From: Octopus sinensis
Lineage: Eukaryota
Reading direction: 5' to 3'
Length of the DNA: 25,397 nucleotides
Assembly (NCBI RefSeq): GCF_006345805.1
Contig: NW_021824883.1
Span: 1-25,397, forward strand
Each line of letters starts with the position of its first letter. Positions within the stretch are counted from its first letter, which is position 1. Positions 1-10,262 of the stretch are shown here, in pieces. Below the pieces are notes generated by a model. It was not told where the DNA came from. It saw only the letters and a list, made by a program, of their open reading frames with translations, and ran no database searches. The translations under genes were made by a program, and so were the position numbers.

Positions 1-657
1 TTACGAAGTACACATGGTGAAAGGCGGAAGTTTACGATAACAAGAGCAAAGTAGGTTTTTAAAGCCAAAAGAGTGGAGACAGGGTTGGTACGCAACAGAT
101 GTGTGTGTATGTGTGAGTGTGTGCGTGTGCGTGTGTGTATGTGTGGTGTGATGCGAGATAAAAAACAAAAAATATATGTATGTGTTAGTGTGTGCGTCTG
201 TGTGTAGGCGTGTGAGGTAGGGCGAACAGTAGTAGGCAACAGACAAGTGGTCAGTAGTAAGAAAATGAAGGAAGGAGGAAGGGAGGGAGGGGAAGGGGTG
301 GGGGCGTATGTAGCGTGCCAGCGTGTGTTGAGTAGTAGTGTGTGTGTGTGTCCAGTGTCGTGGTAGTATTAATGGCGAGTAGATTTGAATGTGTGTAAGA
401 GTAATGTATATATTTAAGCAATGTGTGTGTGTGAGTGGGTGTATGTATGCGTGCGCGTGTGTGTAACAAAAAGGGGGGGTTAAGGAAAAAGGACTCCAGC
501 TGAGGGGAAGATGGAAGAGTGGTCCCGCGGAGACGGGCGTGGGAGAACCCAACGACAGGCGACGGTCCCAGGAACGAGCGGGAGGTCTCGTCGGGTCCAA
601 GAGCGAGGTGCATGCAGCGCGTATGCGTGCGCGAACCAGCGCAAGCGCGTGTGTGCG

Positions 658-660
<3 letters not shown>
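1..660 (-). promoter_or_regulatory. Putative promoter / 5' UTR / first exon of a gene running off the left edge (orientation tentative)
   Basis: CpG-dense block ~490-660 against a CpG-poor background; Sp/KLF-like GGGCGTGGG at 535-543; NRF1-like GCG(C/T)-rich run ~617-660. Minus strand ends ...ttcaccATGTGTACTTC|gtaa (ATG at 15-13, A at -3), either a start codon plus splice donor or a 4-codon mini-ORF. Product not identifiable. Confidence 0.4.
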
Positions 661-693
<33 letters not shown>

Positions 694-1098
694 GCATGTA
701 TGTATGTGTATATGTATATTTTGTATACCTAATCCAAACAGTTTCATGTGTTTATTTGCATCAGTATATATATGTATATGGTATTTTATTTTGTTATTTT
801 TACTAGCTTTAAAATTTTTATTTTTACATTTTTATTACTTACCCACCCTATAACCCATTACAAAAAATTAACCCACTGATTACTATTTTAAGTTTAGTCA
901 TTTACTCAAATTCCTACAGTGACACATAAGCAAAATGATATGATTTAAACATATTCAGCCTTTTCTTCTTCCTCTCTAGGTTCTTCTTCTTTTCTTTTCT
1001 TTCATGTACTTTCCTTCACTTTGATGAGGATCCATTTTCCAGATCGGTTTTATTATCAAATATAATGAATATTATTTTTTAGCATATCAATGACTATA

Positions 1099-1263
1099 CG
1101 AAATGTTTAGCGGCATTTATTCCGTCAGATACATTTGAGGTCGACTTTGCCTTTCGAGCTTTGGGAACGATAAAATAAAGTACCAGTTGAGCATTGGAAT
1201 CGATATTATTGATTTATCCCACCTCCTCCAAACGTGCTGGCCTTGTGACGAATGTTGAAACTA
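1099..1263 (+). mobile_element. SINE family B, 5'-truncated and degenerate
   Basis: gaggtcgactttgccttt...taaaataaagtaccagttgagc...gctggccttgtg matches the copies at 7620, 12451 and 21080; central block resembles Meta-type SINE domains as I recall them. Confidence 0.7.
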
Positions 1264-1408
1264 ATATTACAACTCGTCGTTTTCTAAGGTTATAATCCAT
1301 GATTGAAAATTGAGGAGCTAAATTCAACAATTAAGTTTAGATCAAATTGGGTGAACAGCCATATTATTTTTATAAAAAACAAAATGACGGTCATCAAAAT
1401 TTTATGTC

Positions 1409-1565
1409 TGTGTGGATAACAAGCTAGCTTTGCAACTGTTATGTCTAGGGTTCAACTTCACCGCTAGGTGGAGCTTTGGGGCATTGTTTTCTACTACAAC
1501 CTTAGACCGACCAATGCATTGTTAATGAATATGGTAGACCGCAACTGTGTGGAAGCGCATCATGT
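1409..1565 (+). mobile_element. SINE family A 5' half, highly degenerate
   Basis: gggttcaac...ttttctactacaacc...ccgacc...ggtagac aligns by eye with the family A head at 3272-3668 (reverse complement). Confidence 0.55.
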
Positions 1566-1724
1566 ATATATATTTATATATATTGTTTGTGTTTGTGTGT
1601 GTGTGTACAGTTATAGTTTAATGTTTGTTTTTATGTTCAGTTAAGATAAAAATAGTTTCACATGAAACTGAAGGATTACTCCATATATCTGGTAGAGTAC
1701 AATTATAGTACAAAAATAGTAATG

Positions 1725-1810
1725 ACAGTGACTTCGAAGTTTGTGCCAGCTAAGCCATCCTCAGGGTGTAGGTCCGACGATAGATAAGCTGGGCTGAACT
1801 TCGAGGATTC
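1725..1810. ncRNA. Head-to-head pair of degenerate hammerhead-ribozyme-like motifs
   Basis: Minus: CUGAGGA-uggcuuagcuggca-CAA-ACUUCGAAGU-C (G12 replaced by C, GUC triplet). Plus: ccgacga-uagauaagcugggcu-gaacuucgagga. Same stem III palindrome as 9708-9788. Confidence 0.4.
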
Positions 1811-2036
1811 TGTGAATACTTTTCTTGGTAAGGAATAAAGCATTGTGTAGAGTATATTGTATAAAAGATCGCGGGTAAGGCTAAAATAATGCGGAGTAAA
1901 TACATATACACGCACACACGCAGATACACATTCATACACTCACACATGAGTATGAGTGTGTGTGTGTGTGTGTGTGTGTGTGCATGTGTGTATGTGTGTG
2001 TGTGTGTGTGTTTCTTTTGAGCCGTGCCACTGCTTG

Positions 2037-2260
2037 GCAACTGGGCTCGATTTATCGGTTTGTTGGACTAAACTTTTGTGTCGCAGGAGGATCGCATTCC
2101 AATGATTGAAACATACCTGTTAAGCTACACAACACAGAACATCTCCATACACGGTGAGTGTGTCACGGTTGACAATGGGGAGGGAACTCAGCCGTATACC
2201 TACCCATTCCAAAGAAATCTCCTTGCGTTTTCGGAAGAAATATATTGGAAACTTTTTTCT
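2037..2260 (+). pseudogene. Possible Gypsy-type aspartic protease relic
   Basis: Frameshifted pieces ATGLDLSV (cf. DTGADxSV), YLLSYTTQNISIHGECV, SPCVFGRNILETF (cf. PxLxGRNWL), in the order expected for Ty3/Gypsy proteases; judged by eye. Confidence 0.4.
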
Positions 2261-2510
2261 TAATAACTTTGATGGTTGTTGGAAATTTGAGAACCGCATT
2301 TCAGCCCCTTTTTAACAAGAACTGAAGTCTGAAATGTAAAAACAAATCTACTGAGAAAATAATAGAATTTCAAATGATGCAAGCATATGGGATCTTATCG
2401 TAACTGACGGGGGATCTCCGTCGTTTGACGTTGAAGAATCGGTTGTTCAGTCGACCAAATTATATGCTCTTGAAGAAGTGTGAAGGAATATTCTGCTCAT
2501 ATTCTTTTGT

Positions 2511-2892
2511 TCTTTTATTTGGTTCAGTCATTTGACAGCAGCCATGATGGAGCACCGCCTTTACTCGAACAAATCGACCCCAGTAATTATTCTTTGTAAG
2601 CTTAGTACTTATTCTATCAGTCACTTTTGCGTGGACGTAAACACACCAACATTGGTTGTCAAGCGATGGTGGTGGGACAAACACACACACACACGCCCCC
2701 CCCCCCCACACACACATATATATATATGATGGACTTCTTTCAGTTTCCGGCAACCAAATCTACTGAGAAGGCTTTGGTCGACCCGAGGCTATAGTAGAAG
2801 ACACTTGTCCCAAGGTGCCAGGCAGTGGGACTGAACCCGAACCATGTGGTTGGTAAGTAAGCTACTTACCTCACAGCCACTCCTGCACCCAT
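2511..2892 (-). mobile_element. tRNA-derived SINE family A, full length
   Basis: Minus head with A box TGGCTGTGAGG and B box GGTTCAGTCCC, internal (CA)/(TA) tract, 3' tail ggcggtgctcc..catggc..gtcaaatgactga; colinear with 3272-3668. Confidence 0.9.
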
Positions 2893-3054
2893 GTGTACCC
2901 TTAATGTAGATCTCGTTTACAATCAGCACAGTGCAGCCCGTGTCGAGACTGTACGTTTTGAATTACGGTTTCAATGTGTTGGACAGGCTTTAGTACAATT
3001 TTTGTCTGCCAAGTTTCATTCACAAATTAAAGCTACAGAAAATGAGTTGCCCAC

Positions 3055-3130
3055 CTTCCACGTGGTGGGATCGAAAGTGGTGCCACCTGATGGCGAAGCC
3101 AATTCTTAACCATTCAACCACACTGCACTT
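3055..3130 (-). mobile_element. Degenerate tRNA-like SINE head
   Basis: cacgtggtgggatcgaaa...ttcttaaccattcaaccacactgcac resembles the reverse complement of a family A head. Confidence 0.45.
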
Positions 3131-3271
3131 GCTTTTGTGCGAGAAACTCATATGAAGAAACTAATTCCAGGCATAGTTGAATAGTTGGCAACACTAATGC
3201 AAAAAGTGAGATTTTATTTTCCGTCATTAAACATAACAATATGTTCAGGTTCGAAAACAATTTACATAATT

Positions 3272-3668
3272 TACTCTTTTACTTGTTTCAGTCATTTGAC
3301 TGCGGCCATGCTGGAGCACCGCCTTTAATCGAGCGACTCGACCCCGGGACTTATTCTTTTGTAAGCCCAGTACTTATTCTATCGGTCTCTTTTTGCCGAA
3401 CCGCTAAGTGACGGGGACATAAACACACCAGCATCGGTTGTCAAGCAATGCTAGGGGGTCAAACACAAACATACACGCACACACACATATATATACATAT
3501 ATACGACGGGCTTCTTTCAGTTTCCGTCTACCAAATCCACTCACAAGGCTTTGGTCGGCCCGAGGCTATAGTAGAAGACACTTGCCCAAGGTGTCGCGCA
3601 GTGGGACTGAACCCGGAACCATGTGGTTGGTAAACAAGCTACTTACCACACAGCCACTCCTGCGCCTA
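3272..3668 (-). mobile_element. tRNA-derived SINE family A, full length, best-preserved copy
   Basis: Minus: ataggcgcaggagtggctgtgtggtaag (A box)...gggttcagtcccac (B box), ccttgggcaagtgtc block, internal microsatellite, tail cagtcaaatgactgaaacaagtaaaagagtaa. Confidence 0.95.
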
Positions 3669-4769
3669 TATTACAATTATTTTTTCTTTGAAATTGTCTG
3701 AAGAATAAGAGTTGGCTCTCGTATCCATTGATCTTGGACTGGAAATCAAATATAACAATCGGCCTCTTGAGATGTTTTGGCTTGCCGTCAGACAAAAGTA
3801 TTCTTCAGAATTTGAGAAAAAAAGTATATTTCTTCTATATTTTGATTCAATTTTCAACACCATATTTTGTTGGGTTTAGAATTTTCTTCCATGACCAATT
3901 TTAAATACGAAGCATAAAATAAAATCGAAGGAACAATTCTATGTATTTTTAAAGGAATGCGAGGTTTGTTCATCTTTTATTGTAAATATATCCCAAAGTT
4001 GTAAAAAAAAAATAAGAAAGAACTAAAGAAAATGAGATTAACGTTTCAACAAGCTTTTAAAATAAAACGATGCGAGTAATAACACATTTTCTAAACTTCC
4101 AACTATAAAACAGATTTTTATAAAAAGTGAGGTGAGCCTGTCATATTGTATTTGGATTTCAGTGTCACAGTGACAGAAAAAAAATATTCACTACAGTAGG
4201 CCTAGTGTTTCATGTCAATTCATCTTTACGAACGTTGATTACGGTATTCCATGCAGCGGAGACGCTGTCGCTTCGTGGTTAATAAAATGATATATAAACT
4301 TTGGTGTATATTTTCAGTTCTATAGTTCCTGTTTGTAAAGACAGGCTTATACACACACATACAAACACATCCAGAAAAATCGGAGGGAAAAAACAAAATA
4401 GAAAAACATATAAAGAAATAAAATATAGGAGTGGGCAATTGTCTACAGTTAAGAATAAAGAAAAGGAGGACAGGAAGTGGAGGAAAGGATTTTAGTTAGA
4501 TTGATGCTACTAGGGGAAGGTCATTGTGAATGTAAATTTTTCTGGCTTCACTCATTTTAAGCCCAAATATGAGCGAGTTAACTAGGGATCCTTGACAATA
4601 ACGTAAATTTCATTTATCTAAGGTATATTTGGCCTGGTGAGTAGGTAGTGGAGTACTTTTCGTTGCGTAATTACTACTTCCGATACTCTGCTCATACTTC
4701 GTTAGGAGACGTATGAGGGTTCGGCAATTTCTTGCCGAACAACCGCTCAGATGATTTGCTGATAGTGAT

Positions 4770-4978
4770 TAAATGTGCACATAAACTCGATAACTTCCAT
4801 TAAATCGACATTACCTGTACAGGTGCAACTGGGTGCCACATATCAGTTGTCGAAATGATCGCAGAGCAACGGGGAAATGAAGTGCTTTGCTCAAGAACAC
4901 AGCGCAACGCCGCTCTGGGAATCGAACCTACGATCTCGCAATCGTGAATGCAACACCCTAACCACTAAGCCATGCTCC
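4770..4978 (-). mobile_element. tRNA-derived SINE (CORE-like family E/F)
   Basis: Minus head ggagcatggcttagtggttaggg (A box)...aggttcgattccc (B box), then gtgttcttgagcaaagcacttcatttc; related to 10427, 10970, 19130, 24913. Confidence 0.75.
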
Positions 4979-4989
4979 TTCAACACACA

Positions 4990-5027
<38 letters not shown>

Positions 5028-5052
5028 TATATATATATATATAAATATATTA

Positions 5053-5097
<45 letters not shown>

Positions 5098-5100
<3 letters not shown>

Positions 5101-5493
5101 TCTTTTACTTGTTTTGGTCATTTGATTGCGGTCATGCTGGAGTACCGCCTTTAGTCAAGCAAATCTACCCCAAGACTTACTTTTTGTAAGCCTAGTACTT
5201 ATTCTATCGGTCACTTTTGCCGAACCGCTAGGTTACGGGGACGTAAACACACCAGCATCGGTTGTCAAGCGATGGTGGGGGGACAAATAGACACAAAAAC
5301 ACACATACACACACACACACACACATATTCCTATATATACATATATACGACGGGCTTCTTTTCAGTTTCCGTCTACCAAATACCCGAGGCTATAGTAGAA
5401 GACACTTGACCAAGGTGACACGCAGTGGAACTGAACTCGGAACCATGTGGTTGGGAAGCAAGCTACTTACTACACAGCCACTCCTGCGCCTAT
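5098..5493 (-). mobile_element. tRNA-derived SINE family A with ~20 bp internal deletion
   Basis: Colinear with 3272-3668 but lacks ccactcacaaggctttggtcgg near 5380; tail abuts a (TA)n tract. Confidence 0.92.
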
Positions 5494-5620
5494 ATAAAAT
5501 TTCGTTTTGAATTTGGTTTTCAAGATTCTTGTGAATTTCTCTATTGTTTCAAATTTTTAGGTCTTGGGAACGTCATTACGCCAGTTATAATCAAACATGT
5601 AATCAGTCCGTGGTTTGTTA

Positions 5621-5661
5621 ACCAAAAGCCTTTCGTCGCCTTTGCGACCTTTTCAGTGACA
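5621..5661 (-). ncRNA. Minimal hammerhead-ribozyme-like motif (G8A) downstream of the PLE relic
   Basis: ugUCA CUGAAAA g GUCGC aaag GCGAC GAA AGGCUU U UGGU: 5-bp stem II, self-complementary stem III, 4-bp stem I with wobbles. Confidence 0.5.
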
Positions 5662-5692
5662 CGGGGTCTCCAACTCTCGCTCCAAAGTCTGC

Positions 5693-5790
5693 ATGTATGT
5701 TTCTCTGTGGATGTGTGCCTGCGTAGGAGAGAAGATAAGTGTGAGAAAGTAAACAAAGAGTTTCTGTGCGTGAGTGTACGTGTGGTGTGT
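5693..5790 (+). repeat. Left arm of a diverged inverted repeat (partner 7445-7540)
   Basis: gatgtgtgcctgcgtaggagagaagataagtgtgagaaagtaaacaaagagttt vs reverse complement of right arm gatgtgtgcttacttagaagagaaggtaagagtgagaaagtaaacgaagtgttt. Confidence 0.7.
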
Positions 5791-5791
5791 G

Positions 5792-5844
<53 letters not shown>

Positions 5845-6290
5845 TGCGTGTGTGTGTGTGTATGTGTTGATGAGCGTGTAGATCTATGTAACTACTTGTA
5901 TGTGTGTTGTCGAAATGAGAGTGTGTTCCAGCATGTGCGTGTGTGTATATGTTTGTGCGTATGCTAAGGCATTTTGGGGGAATAAGTAAGCATCCGTGTG
6001 CATGCTTGCGTGTGTGCATTCTTATGTGTATGTCTGTGTGGCTGCATGCGGGGGTTGTGTGTGCATGTCGCTGTGCATGTTTGTGTTTGAGTGCGCGTGT
6101 CTGTGTGTGTGATTTTACGTGTGTGAGAGCATGGTATATGTACGAGGATGTGTTTGTAGTTGCGTGCTCTCGTGAGCTCCATGTATGTTTTTATGTGCAC
6201 GTGAGTGTGCCTGCGTGCATGTTTCCGTCTGTGTTTGCGCATAGATGTGTATGCTGTGTTGGTGTATGGCATAACTGTTCATAGTTATAT
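5791..6290. repeat. (GT)n microsatellite and degenerate GT-rich low-complexity tract
   Basis: Pure (GT)n ~5794-5860 followed by degenerate gtgtgc/atgtgt units. Confidence 0.9.
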
Positions 6291-6597
6291 ATGTTTATTT
6301 GAATGGATTCCTTTGCATCCTTCTGTCATTTCCCCTATCTTTTCTATAATTTCCTATGCCTGCATGTGTGCACATATGAGTGTGTACGTGCGTACATATG
6401 TATGGATGTGAATTGGAATTGCGCATACTTCCATATGTATGCATTTGTATGGGATAGCATTCTGTTGTCATTCGACCCACACCCTTTATATACCTGCCTA
6501 TACCACCATATATCTGCCCACATACCTACACGGACGCCCCCATATATGCATATTGCGTGGGTGGTAACATTGGCGTTGAAGTTCTATCTACTACGTT

Positions 6598-7370
6598 TTA
6601 TTTGCAACTCAGTATTGGTAATGTCTCATTTATGAGAACAGACTCACGTAGTTGTCTAAACAACTGGCCCTCTCTTAGTTTTTTAGACCAATTATCAATG
6701 TTAATTTTATTACAACATGACGCTATGTTGATCTCTAGCATGATGATAGAGAATATACAGCTGTTTGCTGTCACTATACTCCCTCCAGTGTCCATTTACT
6801 CTCCCTGCCAAACTTCTAGAAGTCTCCCCAATGCACAATGTATTTCAATCCTTACAATCATCCTCCATGCATTTTCTCCTGTTCATGGTCCTCCTAGTTA
6901 CACATGGGTTAAAGATGCATATCACACATGTTCTATCAAAACATGTGGTCTTGCTGCAGAGGTATTTTTTAACAGGACTGTGATCTGATGGACCTACCCT
7001 GTTTTTCAATGATATTAATGTCGCGTTTGGTGTCCTTCAGAACCTTCTAAGCTGACGAGCTAACTTCCCGTGCAGTGTGGCCTCTTCAAACATCACTCCT
7101 TGATAGTTATCAGTCTTGTAGCATGCGTTTCCTCTGCCTTATCACAAATCCAATACTTTCCCCGGAATTTAGGGCTGGTTCCACTGGCATCATCATTTGT
7201 GATAAATTCTAATTTCTTTGTAGCCACCACTGCCTCTAGAATTTGACCATATCTCTCTCGTCGTAGGCAGCGAATTTCATGCGGTGCATAAAATCCGCTG
7301 CATGTTTCTTTATTTCATAGGGTTCCCACAGGCGGGAGACATTGTTGTTGCTATAATTTAAAGAAGTCAT
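6598..7370 (-). mobile_element. Penelope-like retroelement relic (RT thumb, Cys-rich linker, GIY-YIG endonuclease), 5'-truncated, with frameshifts and stops
   Basis: Manual minus-strand translation across frameshifts: DFMHRMKFAAYDER / DDASGTSPKFRGKYW / YQGVMFEEATLHGKLARQLR / VLKDTKRDINIIEKQGRSIRSQ / CFDRTCVIC...C...DCKD*NTLCIGETSRSLAGRVNGHWREY...LYHHARDQH / RQLRESVLINETLPILSCK*. CxxC-x-YIGETxRxLxxRxxEH and E-x-x-x-I-N are GIY-YIG hallmarks of PLEs; the Cys-rich linker suggests Neptune type. Confidence 0.85.
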
Positions 7371-7444
7371 GGATGGCTAATAAACACACATTCACACACA
7401 ATCATTAATACCAGCGGTCATGCAGGTGTACACACAAAATCACA

Positions 7445-7540
7445 CGAGCACGCACGTACACACACACAAACACTTCGTTTACTTTCTCACTCTTACCTTC
7501 TCTTCTAAGTAAGCACACATCTACATTCACACATATACGC
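7445..7540 (-). repeat. Right arm of a diverged inverted repeat (partner 5693-5790)
   Basis: Reverse-complement similarity to 5693-5790, roughly 75-80% by eye. Confidence 0.7.
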
Positions 7541-7619
7541 AAGCATATACACAGCGATATGACCAATTCTCAGAGACATAGTCGACCTTGCACATTTTGC
7601 TGACCTTTCTACTAAAGAC

Positions 7620-7837
7620 ACCAGATCTGGAATTTTGGTGGAGGAATTAAGCCGATTACATCGACCACAGTATTTCACTGATACTTAATTTATCGACCCC
7701 GAAAGGCAAATCAATGAAAGGCTAAGTCAATGAAAGGCAAAGTCGACATCGGTGGAATTTGAACCCAGAACGAAGCGGCAGGCAAAATACAACTAAGCAT
7801 CTCCTCCGGCGTGCTAACGATTCTGCCGGCTCGACGC
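7620..7837 (-). mobile_element. SINE family B with internal ~16-bp triplication
   Basis: Minus head gagccggcagaatcgttagcacgccgg...gggttcaaattccacc; gaaaggc(a/t)aa(g)tcaat repeated at 7701-7746. Confidence 0.85.
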
Positions 7838-8103
7838 TTTAACCAGTTCGCTAATTATAATGAAGTGGAATTGAATCTGTGCCTATGTTATTATTGGTGT
7901 AACGAGGCTCCCGAGACATAACAAAATATATGTGTATGTGTGAGTATCTGTATATACTCATAACCAGACATAAATATCACACACACACACAAACACACGT
8001 GCATACAGCATAGATACTACATACATATATATATATATGTATGTGTTTTATATATATATATGTTGTGTGTATATATGAGTGTGTATGTATGTATGAATGT
8101 TTC

Positions 8104-8156
<53 letters not shown>

Positions 8157-9080
8157 ATATATATATGTATATATTTGTATGTATAAGAATAATCTCACAC
8201 ACACATGCATGCATCATATATACAAACATGCATATATATATATGGTGTGTGTATATATACATATGTATACAGATATATAATATATATTTATATATATATA
8301 TATATATATATAGGTATACAGAGAGAGAAACCGACAGGGTAATGTTAAACCCGATAGATAGATATATGTATATGCGTTAATATATACTTATATATATATA
8401 TATATGTATTTATGTACACACCCACACGCACATATATATATATACTTATTCTATTTATATATGTATATAATTGTGTAACTAGATATATTCACATAGATAT
8501 ATATTTGCATATACATGTATATGTATACATACATTTACGTATATCTCTTTACAAACACACACACACATATATATGTGTATATATATACGCACGCGCAATG
8601 CAATTGTTCCTGGAAGGTATAATATATCATGTGTGCACCAGGCTACCTTACTGGTGCCTCGTTCGACACAGGTTTATTACTGTCAAGAACTGCGGGTATT
8701 CGTCATTTCAGGTGAAAAAGACATTTATTTCATGCTGTTTGACACGGAACTACTTTAGTCAATATCTCTGTACACCTAGGTGAACTTGGCATAATAGTCA
8801 TTGAATCTTACAAAGTGAAACACTGCACCTAGCACCTTAACATGTGTACTTGTATATTCCACATAAAAAATTCATGAATACCTCACCATATATATTTGTA
8901 TATGCAAGCACAAAAGCGCTCGCATATATATATATACGCGTTATGTACATACACATATATAAACGTGTTAACACTTATAAGCGTGTACACATAAGTATAT
9001 TCATTTACACAAGCATTAATTTATACGCACACATACGTGCGCGCGCACACACACACGCATACACACAATTATATGTATGC

Positions 9081-9505
9081 AGGCACAGGGCGGCTGTGGT
9101 AAGAAGCTTGCTTCCCAACCACATGGTTGCAGGTTCAGTCACACTGCGCGGCACCTTGCGTCATTGTCTTCTACTAAAGCCTTGGGCTGACCAAAGGCTT
9201 GTAAGTTGACTTGGCAGACGGAAACTGAAAGGTCTTCGTTATAATATATATATATAATATATTATATATATATATATATAGATATATATGTGAGTGTGTG
9301 TGTGTGTGTGTGTGTTTGTCTGTCTGTGTTTTTGTGTATGTATGTGTGTATTATGTGTCTGTGTTTGACCCCCACCCTTGCCATCACTTGACAACCGATG
9401 CTGGTGTGTTTATGTCCCCGTAACCTAGCAGTTAAGCAAAAGAGACCGATAGAATAAGTACTAGGCTTACAAAGAATAAGTCCTGGGATCAATTTGTTCA
9501 AGTAA
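9081..9505 (+). mobile_element. tRNA-derived SINE family A, 3' tail truncated
   Basis: aggcacagggcggctgtggtaagaagcttgcttcccaaccacatggttgcaggttcagtc...ttgacaaccgatgctggtgtgtttatgtccccgtaac...aagtcctggg. Confidence 0.9.
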
Positions 9506-9707
9506 AAAAAAATTTCAAGTAAAAGGAATAAACAGAAAATTCATAACTTATTCTTCTTGTGTGTATGTGTGTGTGTGTGCGTGTGTGTGCATCTGTGTGC
9601 GCTTGCGTGTGCGCGCTTGCGTGTGTGCGTGCGTGTGCGCGGGAAGAATTACGTAAGACTTTTGGTAGAATATATATTTTCTTAACATTTACAAGTGAAG
9701 GTTGATG

Positions 9708-9788
9708 GTGGCTTCGAAGTTTCGACTTGGTCGACTTCGTCAGACACTGTGACGAAGTTTAGGAAGCCGAAAGTTCGAAGTGTCACAG
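9708..9788. ncRNA. Head-to-head pair of hammerhead-ribozyme-like motifs
   Basis: Minus: gugu CUGACGA aguc GAC caa GUC GAA ACUUCGAAGc c acc (canonical core, U16.1 replaced by C). Plus: acacu gugacga aguuuaggaagcc GAA aguucgaagu guc. Cores flank a 5-nt spacer (cttcgtcag acact gtgacgaag). Confidence 0.5.
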
Positions 9789-10083
9789 ACAACCTGCTTG
9801 AAAAATTTGGATGTATACATACATTCACACACACATACATAGACACGCATACACACACACACTCACGGATATGTATTCCTGTATATATATATATATATTA
9901 TGTGTGTATATATATATATAATATATATATATATGTATGTATGTATGTATATATATTTATATCTATTTGTGTATATATATGTCTATATATGTATATATAT
10001 ATTTGTATTTATATATAGGTGTACATATATATGTATAGATATATTTATATATATATGTTTATATATATATATATTTATATATA

Positions 10084-10262
10084 GGGAGAATTCACAAAAC
10101 AAAAAACAAAAGACAAAGACAGGTGGTGTAGACAGCAAACAGATGTATTAGTATATCTCTGAGGAAGTGAAAAAGTCTTTAACGTTTCGAACCTACGATT
10201 TTCCACAGAAAGGAACACAGAAAGAAACAAGGAGAGAAAATAAAGAATGTGTAGTGGCTGGC

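Noticed and set aside
1-747. 248-aa minus-strand ORF and overlapping ORFs
   Set aside because: Composed of HT/IY/CV dipeptide runs from microsatellites; no protein-like content
4640-4680. Hammerhead-like GAAA-agtact palindrome with gtagt/actac stem (minus strand)
   Set aside because: Only 11 nt between stem I and GAAA, with no recognisable core or stem II
6557-6988. 143-aa plus-strand ORF
   Set aside because: Antisense shadow of the PLE endonuclease relic; no recognisable motif
8573-8830. Coding-like unique stretch between TA tracts
   Set aside because: No recognisable motif in any frame I translated and no convincing splice pair
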